Source: Dicyema japonicum
Lineage: Eukaryota > Animalia > Dicyemida
Direction: 5' to 3'
DNA: 64,000 nt
Assembly (NCBI GenBank): GCA_011109175.1
Contig: RDEW01000001.1
Span: 1,316,360-1,380,359, forward strand
Positions 1 to 11,699 of the stretch are shown here, in pieces. A program made the position numbers and the translations under genes. Position 1 is the first letter of the stretch; each line of letters starts with the position of its first letter. The notes beneath the pieces are model-generated. The model saw nothing but the letters and a program-made list of their open reading frames with translations, had not been told where the DNA came from and ran no database searches.

Positions 1-760
1 TTATGGAGAAACCGAAAACAATTTTGAGTAAATGGTCTTTCAAAGTCAATGAAGATAAAACTGAAGTAACCTCTATTGAAAGAACTCCAACCCATTTAAA
101 AAAAGTGGAGGAACACCCGAAAACTCGGATCGTTACTTGGCGATTCAGAAGATATCACACGACGAAAGACATTGGCGACAATAGCACTTAAAAATCACGA
201 TCTATTCTAATAAGAAAGAATAAAATTTATACGCTTATTTAATGATTTGTCTGACCAGTCTTCATGTACAACGCGGGTACTTGGGAAACATCGAAGAAAG
301 ATATGGACAACTCGACTCATTTCATAGAGGCCAACTAAAAATACTCATTGGATATTCTTGCCCAAAGAAAATCTCAAACAATAAATTATAAAGACTGAGT
401 GATCGTGGACCAATAAGTGTGAACGTACTTGAAGCCTGCTGGCGCCTTTTTCGACATATTTTACGGATGGATGAAGAAACACCACGCAATGCTGTCATGG
501 AAGAATTTTTCGCCCATACTGAATCTTCTACATTCAGAGGACGTCCAAGAAGTTGTCTTCCGACACTGCGGAGATTATCCTGTGCTTGGGGGTCGATTGA
601 TGGATGCAGACGATCTGGACAAAATCAGGAAACTAGCACCACGACGAAAGGGATGGAGAAGGCTAACGGCAAGAATAATCGAAAAATATGGGACAAGCGA
701 AACCATAAACAGTGTTTACTGGTAACGCTGATGTGCATTAACTAACAAACCATATTTACC
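1..760 (+). mobile_element. Decayed 3' part of an RTE-like LINE (end of RT and C-terminal region)
   Basis: KWSFKVNEDKTE (RT end), PVFMYNAGTW, WRLFRHILRM, FRGRPRSCLP. The same motifs recur in the other RTE copies (20845, 41640, 44655). Frameshifts and stops present. Confidence 0.8.
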
Positions 761-1140
761 TAAAGCGTCAGCGTAATGGCGGAACACTCGTAAAGAGTCC
801 AAGAGTTAATTATGCTTGGATCTTTTAATTATTTGACTTTGACACCTTAGTACTCTTAAGATTTCTTAAATGAAATAAATACAATTTAATCACAACTTAT
901 AAGAACTTAGGTGGTACTCAGTCGTGTCCTATTCTAATGGAAACTCTGGCCATTAAGTAAGGTTAGAGCTATAATACAAGATAAGAGGAACTAGAAAGTA
1001 GAGCAATCAAAGTCTTTTCTCCGTTACTGTGTAAATTGACCCATATGCCACGCACTATAGGCGTGGAGTGGAGTATTATAATAAGTATTATAACTCTAAA
1101 TATGAGTGTGGGGTGGATATGAAAAAATTGTTGATTTTTT

Positions 1141-1441
1141 TATTTATTAACCCCGGATACACCGAGAAAGAAGTTAAAGTAAACTACTAATTAAGTGTAT
1201 CCAGTTTCCACTTCTACAGAAGCAGAGTCCATCCGGAATCAGCATAAAAGGTAAGACGTCCACTACATGCAGTTGTGGAAACCCCTCCAGTGGAGTGGGG
1301 AAGAGCAAATGATCCTTTTTCGTGCCGGCCTGGCACTGGGCGTCACCTAGACAGGTGGATCATATGACGCCACTCTAATAGGAAGAGAAAAGAGGAACAG
1401 ACAAGCAAGCAGAAAACTTCAACCAAGCAGCACCACATGGC
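1141..1441 (-). mobile_element. Short non-autonomous retro-element, family A copy A1 (pseudoknot module 1309-1371)
   Basis: Reverse complement is highly similar to 3819-4099 and ends in ACTTAATTAG...TTAATAAATA. Confidence 0.85.
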
Positions 1442-2654
1442 GCTACGCGGATATAGGCCAATCTCAAATTCAAAATTTTGGACCTTTTTTGACTTTTTGG
1501 AAGTGTGACAGGTATTTACATAAATTTATAAATTATTAATTAATTAAAAATAAATTAAATAATTAAAAAACAAATAAAATTTTAAATCATTGATCGCTAT
1601 TCACACGGTTTGAATTAATTTGGTTTGCTATCAAACATAACATTTAGTGTTAACTAAAAGTCGTAAAAATCTGGAATGTTAAACACTTTGTGATTAAAAT
1701 AAATTTAAATACAAGTCACTGTCAAGAAATATACCAAGGAATGAAAATCCCCAAACATGGAAATAATAAAAGGAAGAAAAATTTAAAATCAAGGTAATAA
1801 TCCTTAAATTGACTAACAGCAAGGCAATTTCAACGTGATTGAAAATAATCGATGCATTAGTATTTAAAGCAACAAATTATATAAAACAGTATTGGACTGT
1901 ACTGCATAAATATTTATGTGGAAAATATCGGAAATTAAAAGGATCGATTCCATACAAATAAACTAATTTGTCGAATATCACTCATATACCTGAGGATAGA
2001 CGTTGTTAAACATTAATGCCGAGATTTGAGCTGAAATTAATAGTAATTTCCAGTTTTGATCGAATATATAATCAAATTCATCAATGTATTATTATGCATT
2101 GATTTTCTATGTGATGGTGTCCAACACGCCTCGTTGAACTATAATGCCGGGATGTTGAGTAGACCAGGCCTAATCCCATATAAATTAATAAGCATCATTC
2201 ACTCAGTTTAATATCACTCAAATATTAACATAGTTGTACTTCCAACATTGTTAATCTCGGTACAAGTCGCATTGTTACCCCCATTCATGTTTGCCTAACA
2301 TTTAATGTGTATAATTGCATAATTACCGCGAATACATCACTCAAATATTAGCATTCCGTATGTAATGTTGTTTGACATGTTTGTTGAACTATAATGTATG
2401 GATTATTTAATATGACGGATCCAATTTTAAATTTGGCACTCATCAGTTCAATATTACACATTGATTCTGTAATGTTGCTTAGATCCCTGTTAAATTGTAA
2501 TGTTGGGACAGCTGAGTAGGAGTTAATTTTTTTCAATTCCATATAAATTAATAGACATCATTCAATAAGTTTAATATCACTCCAATATTAAACAAATTTA
2601 CGTACATGTGATTTGACGCTTCGTTTACATTGCGTGTCAATTCCATGTTAGTTA

Positions 2655-2760
2655 AATAAGATTGGAATAGCCATACTCCGAGGGAACTCGCTCGCAATCC
2701 ACGCAGCAGGCTTCCTCAACTGACATTTGTTTAATTGTTAAAAAAATTATTTTATTAAAA
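2655..2760. repeat. Dispersed duplicate of 7585-7690
   Basis: Near-identical attggaat(a/g)gccatactccg...gcaggcttcctcaactgacatttgtttaattgttaaaaaaa in both places. The minus strand starts ATG TCA GTT GAG GAA GCC TGC (MSVEEAC). Confidence 0.8.
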
Positions 2761-3818
2761 AAATAAAAATATTGATTAAAAAATTCTAGAATATTCTTTC
2801 TTGTTTTTGTTGAACACGTAGACAGTCATAAACCAGCTACGTATAATTTGAAATATTCATCCAAATTCCCTACACAAATATCTCAATTTATTTCAACATC
2901 CGAAAACTTGGTAATACCCTTCTTCAGTTTTGTAATTCCTTTAAAATTCAAACTACTCCAGGCTCTGTTTTTAGCATAAATTTATTAATTTCACTTCTGC
3001 ATCCCATGAGATCGAATCCTGAATATTTTGATCCGTAAGAATTTCCCACATTGTTCTTGTCTAATTTTTACGTAAAAATTCCAATTTATATCCTCACGAT
3101 TTGACGCTTCACTAATATTCGTCCACATAAATGAGTCATATCATTCAACAAGTAAAAATAGCTTAAATTTGTATATTAATCTTTCACAATCTCCAATTTA
3201 TCCATTCTGAGAAAATTATACTTGGATCCTGTAATATAGACCAATGCTGTTCCATTAGTATGTCGATGCGGGTTTAGCCACTTATAATGGTTGGCTTGGA
3301 CCCCTGGGACCTCGTTGGACTACCATGTTCATCGGTTTGTTTACCAGCGGACCGCCCGTTTGGACCCCAACCACGACATGTGAAATGGCTGAAGAGAGGG
3401 ACTTGTGAAGTGTCCAGGCTATAGAGACTGTTAAATAACTCTAACATAGATAATTTTATTAACATAACAAACTCGTTACTAATTAAGAACTAATTAAAAA
3501 GGGAGAAGCCAACGAGTTTGTCTTGGTTGATGGGATCTGGTATAACGAGACACCATAATGTCTCTTCTTTGAATTATTGACCCCTTTCATCCAACAAGAA
3601 TTATTTTTTTCAAGTGGTGCAATATTTCCTCAATGGATCTTGCACGTCTCTTATCACTAGGCGGTAATTTAGACTTTAATCAAGTCCATATGCCAGTTTA
3701 ATAGTATTTCTCTTCGATTTATTGAGAAGCTCTACAAGAGTACTTCTCTCATCACTTTCAAACCATCCTTAAAAGCCATAAATCAAGAATGGTTCTATAC
3801 AAGGAATTGATATATTTT

Positions 3819-4099
3819 GCCACGTGTGCTGCGTTGTTAATTGGTTTAATTTTTCTGCTTGCTTGTCTGTTCCTCTCTCTTTCTAATAGAGTGGCGTCAT
3901 GTGATCCACCTGTCTAGGTGACGCCCAGTGCCAGGCCGGCATGAAAAAGGATCATTTGCTCCACTGGAGGGGTTTCCACAACTGCATGTAATGGACGTCT
4001 TACCTTTATGCTGATTCCGGATGGACTCTGTTTCTGTAGAAGTGGAAACTGGATGCACTTAATTAGTTGGTTATCGGTGTTAATAAATAATAATAATAA
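3819..4099 (+). mobile_element. Short non-autonomous retro-element, family A copy A2 (module 3893-3955)
   Basis: Starts GCCACGTG, contains GGCGTC...GACGCC and TGATCC...GGATCA, and ends CACTTAATTAG...(TAA)n. Confidence 0.85.
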
Positions 4100-4249
4100 G
4101 CTGTATACACATAAAGAAAAGTTTCCGGACTCAATTGAAAACTTAGAAGCGATTTCAATCGCCGTAGCTTTTTTCCTCTTTTTTTGATATAATTAATGAA
4201 GGAACCTTCGAGTTCACAACACCAAGATATTGTAACTGTTCCATGCATT

Positions 4250-5640
4250 TGATCGCTCCAGTATCAATACGAATCTTTGATTTATTCTTGTAATTCACAA
4301 TTCATGAAGCAGTACACTTTTCCAGAGATAAGGATGAACCCTTATCTCGGCACCAACATTTAATTTTATCAATGTGGGTTGAAATACGTTTCCAGGAAAT
4401 CGATATATTAATACTAAGATCGAGCAAAAGAATATCATCGGCATAAATTAGCATTTTCGAATTTAGGTGTTCAAACTTCGGGATGTCACATAATTGAATA
4501 AGAGGGGACTTAAGACAGACCCTTGTGGAACCCGTCTTTCTAACAAAATTTTCTCTACCAGAAAGAAAATCTTTCATCAACACTAGAGCCTTGCTCCCAA
4601 CATTAAAATTTGACAAAGTTTTCAACAACCCAGCATGCCAACGCTATCAAAAGCCTTTGATATGTCTATACATACGGCCGTAAGACATTCTCTATTCTTC
4701 TTAGCAACACATATAAAATTTGATAATATTGACAAACAATCTTCAGTCTCTCTAGTGGAGCTAAAACCCACTGTTCATCAAGAAGAAAATTGTTGTCTTA
4801 ACGTATTTTGATAATCTGTTGAAAATGATTTTTTCCATAATTTTCGAGATACTTTTCGATATAATTCTCGAATATTATCCAACTTCATAGAAATATAAGA
4901 ATTAAAATGAGCCCAATCTATTCTGTTGATATTATATCCAAGAAATATTTCTTCTTCAAAAACGGATCCAGTTCGCAACTCCAAAGTTTGAGGTAAGTGA
5001 TCACTCCCTATATCATTTTTGACATAGGGCAGACCGCTCAATAAAGCGAGGTTTTCTTGCATAACGAAAATTCCCAATCTATCAGCACTCGTTGTTGGAA
5101 GTGATTAAGTTTTTTAGACGTAAAATCTTCTAAATTTTCTGATTCCATTATTTCCAATAAACATTTGCCGTCAGAATTAGTTTTACACAACCATATGCAA
5201 TATTTTTTGCATTGCAATCTCCACAAGGATTGGGTTTGCATTATTAGCGAAAAAATCTTTTATAATCCTTGAATAATTCCTTAATCTTTTGGATTAAATT
5301 CCACCAATTGTTACCAACCAATGGAAGTGTACAAATAATACATAATTCTCTTATAATTCTTGGCAATCGCGTTTTAATACTCTTTTTGTACAAAATAGAG
5401 GTTCTGTACCAGCTATAGCACCGGGACGCCATGGAATATCAATCGAATTATAACCCGGGATATTAATAATTCCAGGTTTTTTCATCTTCGTTTCATTAAT
5501 AATTAATGCATCTATCTCAACAGCGCCGGTAAGGGCTACCAGCTCCACAGCCCGCTTCCTAAGAGAGCGGGCATTAACCAGGGTAATCCTTGTTATATCT
5601 GATTTATTTGGTGGCTGTCCTCTCTTCTTAGGAGCGCCAC
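4250..5640 (-). mobile_element. Decayed, internally deleted non-RTE LINE (AP endonuclease plus RT; I/CR1/L2-like)
   Basis: TLVNARSL...IINET (APE N-terminus), IGSDHLP (APE C-terminus), IDWAHF, DISKAFD, MKDFLSGR, IYADDILL. Confidence 0.85.
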
Positions 5641-5769
5641 CAGGCCAAGTAAAATCTTGGCACCCTTCTTCGTTCTTGTCATGTTTTTAATATTTTTAGA
5701 TAATTGTTCAACAATATTATAAAAACGTTCCTCTTTCTGAATATTTCTGTCTACTGTGGGCTCTTCCTG

Positions 5770-6550
5770 TCCCGTGACCAGGATCTCCTAAAAGCCTCAG
5801 AAAGAGTTCAAAAACAACTACACGTGATTCAAAATTGGTTAATCTCCAACAGACTTGATATATCTCCTGAGAAGTCCTCCACATCCTATTTACTCAGACA
5901 AACGTCTTGGAAGAATGACCGTTGATTTATTTATCTACCAAACTAAAATACCTTTTACGAAGAAATTGAAAATCTTAGGAGTCGCCTTTGACACGCACAT
6001 GACCTTCTCCCCTCATGTCGAATATATCTCCGGAACCTGCTCAAGAAAGCTTGGTTTGATCAAATCTATTTGTGGTGGCATCAGAACCCTTTCCCAACAT
6101 TGAAACTACTACACAAACAATTCATTGAGCCATCTATCAGCTACGCCTGTGCGTCTTGGGGAATCACCTATCCTGGACTAACAAACAGAAAATCAGTGAT
6201 GTTCAGTCCTATCAGCTACAATATCGGCAAGCTCGTGAGAGGTCAGTCTCACACCCACCTCTCTGGAAGACCTTATCGACAAAATGGGAAGGGATTCGCC
6301 GCTCTGTGCCGAAAAATCCAACTTCCACAATGCTCTAATGGATTGGGTCTTACCTAGAAGACTTTACATCACCCCTCTTGTATTTCTTTCAAAACCCTCC
6401 CGTCTTCAGAGAAGCTGTGTTGGATATCGGAAGGTCCACCGGAAAAAGATGAGAGACCTGATGGATGCGGCCGGGATCACCTAATTAGTTTAATACAATT
6501 AAATTAACTATTGGTGTTCTTGGGTTAAATAATAATAAATAATAATTCGG
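5770..6550 (+). mobile_element. 5'-truncated non-RTE LINE (RT C-terminus and 3' end)
   Basis: QNWLISNRLDISPEKS, LKILGVAFDTHMTFSPHV, FIEPSISYACASWG. The ORF ends AGIT* at TAATTAG, followed by an (A/TAA)-rich tail. Confidence 0.85.
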
Positions 6551-7266
6551 ATCTTTTGGATTCGCTGATTGACTAATCTAACTCCTGATTTCTCTTTAAT
6601 AAAGTTGTTGTTTAGTATTTCGATATTACCATTTATTCGATGGAATTTGATGCTTGTGAAATTTTATGTACTGCATGAGTAAACCATGCAGGTCCACTAT
6701 TTAATAGAATTTACAAAAATACTGAATTTCTAATTTTGTAAATTTATTTTTACAAGAAAATTCAGATTTATATTGTGGGGTTTCTATGCTCCACTGATAT
6801 TTATGTCTCCACAAATGAACCGTAACAGTCGAAAGGTTAAAATACTAGAAAATGCTTTGATTTTTCTGTTTTATATTTTTTTATAATCTTCTAATTCATC
6901 CCCACTAAGTAATTGAAGAAATCTATACTCTACAATCTGATCATCAAATATTGAGTAACATTGCTTCCCAAAGTATGTTAACCATTTTTATTCCAGATTT
7001 CAATCCTGTTTATAATATTCAAGTTCAACAAAAATTTTGAGATATAGAAGAAATGTTTTGTCATAAAAAACTCGGATAATGTCATTTAAAGTGATTTAAG
7101 AGCCTTTCTTGGTTGTAGTTTAACTTGGATGGCGAAATTCCTAATTATATAGGCGTGATTTGATGCTTCAGTGAAATTTTTTGTACTGCACGAATAAACC
7201 ATGCAGGTCCATTATTTAATTAACAAATATACTTAATTTTTAAGTTTTTAGCTAATCACATATTTT

Positions 7267-7465
7267 GGCCGGGTGGCGCAGTGTGAAAGTTGTCGGGCAA
7301 GAAGCCTGAAGGTCGCTATTTAGAATCCCGATTCTGCACATTTCGGTCGAAGGTTCCACGCATCAATATGCTTTGGCTTGACGAGTGACGTGAACTTCAC
7401 TGCGGAACCGGATCGTCTATTAAGGACCCAAGAAAAAGAAAAACAAAGAAGTGAAGAGCATTCTT
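7267..7465 (+). mobile_element. tRNA-derived SINE, family C copy C1
   Basis: Head GGCCGGGTGGCGCAGTG has an A-box-like and a decayed B-box-like motif. Body TTGACGAGTGAC...CACTGCGGAA...GTCT is shared with 8485, 27418, 29270 and 31212. Confidence 0.75.
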
Positions 7466-7584
7466 GATAGCAAAATCGAATGTTTGTGAAAATGGTTATC
7501 CAGTTTAACATTATTTTCAAGTTAATTTGCTGCTTGCCAGAAAAAAAGAGATCAATGAGAAGGGTTATGGCTAAGACAAAAAAT

Positions 7585-7690
7585 TGGAATGGCCATACTC
7601 CGATGGGACTCGTTTGCTATCCACGTAGCAGGCTTCCTCAACTGACATTTGTTTAATTGTTAAAAAAAATTATTTTGTTAAAAAAATTGT
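7585..7690. repeat. Dispersed duplicate of 2655-2760
   Basis: Direct sequence similarity, as described for 2655-2760. Confidence 0.8.
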
Positions 7691-8484
7691 TGTATTACTT
7701 GATTTTCAAAAATAAAAATATCTTCAACTTAGCCACGTGGTTGATTGGTCGAAGGTTGAGATGGGGACGTATCTGTTATCTTCATGATAAATAAAAGCCC
7801 TTGTCTTCTTTTGGGCATGATCAGGTGACGGACTCAAGAGACCAAAGTTCTGAATTAAGGAAGCGTCGGATCCTGGTTTGAATCGCGTTCAGAGGGAGCT
7901 TTGAGAATGACCTGTCAGTAGCTTCACGCATAAGGTGGTGGTTTAGAAAACTTAGACTAATTGATCGTTGATGAAGTGAACTATAGACATTGTCCCAAAA
8001 GGAAGATATATTCTATTTGAGCAGAATTCAATAATATTAGGAGTGATCGTCTATCCCTACTGTCGCTATTCCAGCATGTGAATAACGTTCTGTCTAACGA
8101 CCCACGGAGACAAAATATGTTTAAGATAACATTCACCTCCTGTCACAGGGATGCTAGGTTATCTTTTATTATCGAGTACATTTGTACCCTGTGGACTTTC
8201 GGCCATTCTACCTCCAACTGTGAAAAACACTAGCTCTTAAACATGATAGGTCGCATAACCGGACAACATACAGAGAGCTTCTCCCTAATCAAAAGAAGTG
8301 GAATTAGTTTCTTCAGACTATGCGGCGATCAACAAGATGCACCTTAACAAATCCAACTAAAAGTGGAACTGCGAGGGTACAACAGATACTTTATAGAAAC
8401 AGCAGAGACTCCTCGCAAATGTTTTGGGGACACCAAGATAACCTAATTGTTATTTGAGGCCCTGGGTGATCTTGTTTTCTCAAA

Positions 8485-8688
8485 AATAGCATCATAATAG
8501 CTTGGTTTGACGAGTGACGCCGTCATCAGTGAATACTCACTGCGGAACTGGATTGTCTAGAAAGGACACTCACACAAGAAAAAGAAAAAAAAAGAAGTGA
8601 AGATCATTCCTTGGTTCTACGATTAGTTAAAATTAACTGTTCTTTACTTAAATAAAGTGTGTGTCCTGCCTATGCGGAGCTATAAAAT
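8485..8688 (+). mobile_element. Family C SINE, headless copy C2
   Basis: Near-identical over ~180 nt to the reverse complement of 27418-27600. Confidence 0.8.
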
Positions 8689-8689
8689 A

Positions 8690-8960
8690 CTATGGCTCTC
8701 GTGAAAAGGCTTTATTATTATTAATAGCTTGGTGTACCTCTTGGGATCCTACGCACTTTTTGAATTTGTTACAGATGCTCGCGTGATACAAGCTGTGGGC
8801 GCGCTTTACTAAAAAGACCCTCGAAGGAAATGAATTCATTACGGAGTCGTAAAACCTTTGTAGAGTTTTGGTACCTGTGGGGTGGAAGTCTTCTATTTTC
8901 TTAAATTCGTTTAGTTCTTCATGCAGCATAGTCGTAGCTGATGTTGGGCACAATAAATCG
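8690..8960 (-). mobile_element. Probable hAT transposase C-terminal (dimerisation domain) relic
   Basis: FYDSVMNSFPSRVFLVKRAHSL resembles the hAT FW...FPxLxxLAxxxLS pattern. Weak match. Confidence 0.35.
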
Positions 8961-9425
8961 GTTGTATAAAAAACTTAGCTGTTTCTGAATGATCTCATGT
9001 TGTTTCAAAGGAATGCCCTATAGAAGTTCAGCTTTACTTGTGAAAAGATAACATTGTCTTTCAAAATTCAAAATAGGGTGATTTGTTATTGACCATAAAA
9101 TCAAAATTTGACCTAAAATTGATTTTATTAACTAAATTAAAAAAAAATTTTCTACGTGGGCGAATCCATTACAAGACTTTATTTACAAACTATCGTATTA
9201 TTCCCAAATTGATTAAAGTTTTCGAGGTCTCAGTGTATTAACAACTACCCAGATGGTCGGGATTACGTTTGGGTTTGTTGATATGTTATAAATGTGACAA
9301 GACAGCCATATGGACCCACTTTTTTAGTATAACACTTAGTATACCGTCGATGGGCTGATTAAATAAATTTCTACCAAGATTTTAAATTTAAATATTTAAT
9401 TAATTTTTTAATATTTTATTGCGAT

Positions 9426-11615
9426 ATGATACCATGTGAGACAGACTGCACTCATAAGGAGTGCAAGGACTTATACTTATCTTACCACTCCCAGTACGTC
9501 AAATCACAGTAATATTTAAAAATTAAATTCTAGCCCTAACACGGTTTATGGTAACAGAGGATATATCTGCGCAAATTGCTCTAACATGCGTGCCAGAAGA
9601 GACGAAAAATACATTTTTGGGCATTCTAAGGCTCATTTTTCCCTTAAAACCCTAATTATGTCGACCTTTGAGAAAAATATCGACTTTATTCCTGTTAGTG
9701 GGTTAAACCCTCTGAATAATGTAGAAATTGGAAAATATTTCGAAATTCTAAAATAGTATGCTTCAAATTATACTTTTAGTTTATATTCCTGCGACGCCGA
9801 CAAATATGTTATAATTTCCGACTTTTCCTTATTTATGAGCCACTGTGTCAGCAACGAAACAATCGAAGTGCAAACACGTCACATTGTGTGGAATATTTTA
9901 TCCGAAATTTCCCGCCAACCTACTGTTTGAATATAGGTTAACCACTCTATAATAGATTATCGACGTTCGTAAAATTTGTGAATTACTTACCCAAGGCTCT
10001 CAGGACACTACTACTGGGTATTTTCCTGATCCAGGAAACTCAAATCCAGGGACCTTTGTTGAATTGCTTATGGAAGGTAACCCAACGGTTGTCTGTCCGT
10101 AATTATTTCAGGAAGCCGTAAAGTCCGCCATTTCCATGAACCGATGGGATTTGGCTATGGGTCTGAGCATCTGTTTGGACCTGGAATCCGTGATTCCGCA
10201 GTTTTGCCAGAAAGTCGCTCTAGAAAATGAATTTTTTGCTCTATTTCTTAGCTACTTGTCCAACAATGTGGTTTCATCACCAGTATGCTTATCGCTAATA
10301 TCCAGGGGACGTCGGACTGGCAACTCCACGTGGCTGTCTTACTCACGATCCTCCCATTTAACCGAGATCTGTCTGTTCAGTCCATTATAAATATCCTCAC
10401 CATGCTTAGTAAGTCGTAAACTGCAACGTAGTCGATCGTAACCTGATCTATGGCTCACTTGTGTGTCTGTTGGTCTTGTTTGCCTGTGCACGTGTCCCCC
10501 TGGCTGATCTGATGTCGAATTTCATGCCATTTACTCGGTCTATCTTGTTTATTATTGAAGGACTGGATTAAGTGGGGAGATATTGATGCTACTTTTATTG
10601 GTGGACATTCTGAGTGGAGAAAACGTCCAAAATGTGGTGGTAGTTTTTTGATTAAATTGCAGGAGCTGAAGGCACAGTTTGTGTCCCTCTGGCCTCTTCT
10701 GGACTCTTTCAGGATGCGGTAGAGCTTGCTGAGTCTGTCCTGCTGGCTAGCCTTGATAAAAAGAACCCCCCGTTTGTCGTCTTTCAGTTATATGATGTAT
10801 GGGTTGTGGTAATATGCTGATTTATATGACCCTCGGAGAACTTGCTGAGAAAAGCAGCAGTTTTTACAGAATTTACGATTATATGCTCAAAGTCTTCACA
10901 TCACTTCGGTGTAAGGACAAAGGGCATAAAATTGATGAAAGTGAGTCGTTTGGGAAGACAGATTCCGCTTCTTTTGACGCAAACACGGAAAATGTCTCGA
11001 TTTTAACGGAACCTTATCAGAATGTGCGTGGTGATATTGGTAACCCAAATTTTGTACCCAAAATCCTACCAGATGGTGGTTGTTCGTTACCACGTGTCAC
11101 TTCACAAGAAGATCCCAACAGCTTTATGTCAATTATCTGCACACTATTCCACCGATTATCATCAAAACACAACCGTCAGTGGAAACAACGGAAATTTCTC
11201 CTCCAACTGCTGCCCTTCCTGTAAAATTATCTAATGAAAACTCTAACGGTGATCTCCCAGAGGAGACAAAATCAGTCACGAATAATCCCCCAAAACAGTC
11301 CTCAATTAAAACGGTGGAGAAGAAGGATACTTTTTTTAAGAGTGCGCTGAATATGATTAGCAGTGCGTTTAGGAAATCCAATAAGGTGGAGTTTGACTGA
11401 TTCTAGGGGTCCATGTATTGGGATGAATCTTCTCAGCGGTGGATAGACCCCAACGAGTCGGACGATGGGGGAAATGATATCCCACTACCGCCTACGTTAG
11501 GAATAAGGGACCCAAATGGAATGAGTCGACCTGTTGTTAGAAGGGATGATTGTAAATGTGGGCTGTTTGTGTCATTGTAGTGCATTATGATGTATTGGCT
11601 GATAAACACGTGTGA
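9426..11615 (+). CDS. SEC16: Compact SEC16 (COPII scaffold), multi-exon
   Basis: FVELLMEG..EAVKSAISMNRWDLAMGL, SDWQLHVAVLL, LASSGLFQDAVELAE (central conserved domain) and MYWDESSQRWIDPNE...PLPP (C-terminal motif), joined by short GT-AG introns. Confidence 0.75.
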
Positions 11616-11699
11616 TGGGTCTTACTATTAATTATCTATTATTTTTTAAATTGAATTCAACGATTGGTAGTAAGTGTGTTGGTGAAACATTTGTGTTTA

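Noticed and set aside
7267-7335. tRNA gene (also 29375-29444 minus)
   Set aside because: Only A/B-box-like remnants are present, with no complete cloverleaf. Both run into a shared repeat body, so they are SINE heads.
7900-8450. Additional RT fragment
   Set aside because: Only faint SQG- and YA-like remnants are visible. Probably old LINE debris, but not supportable.
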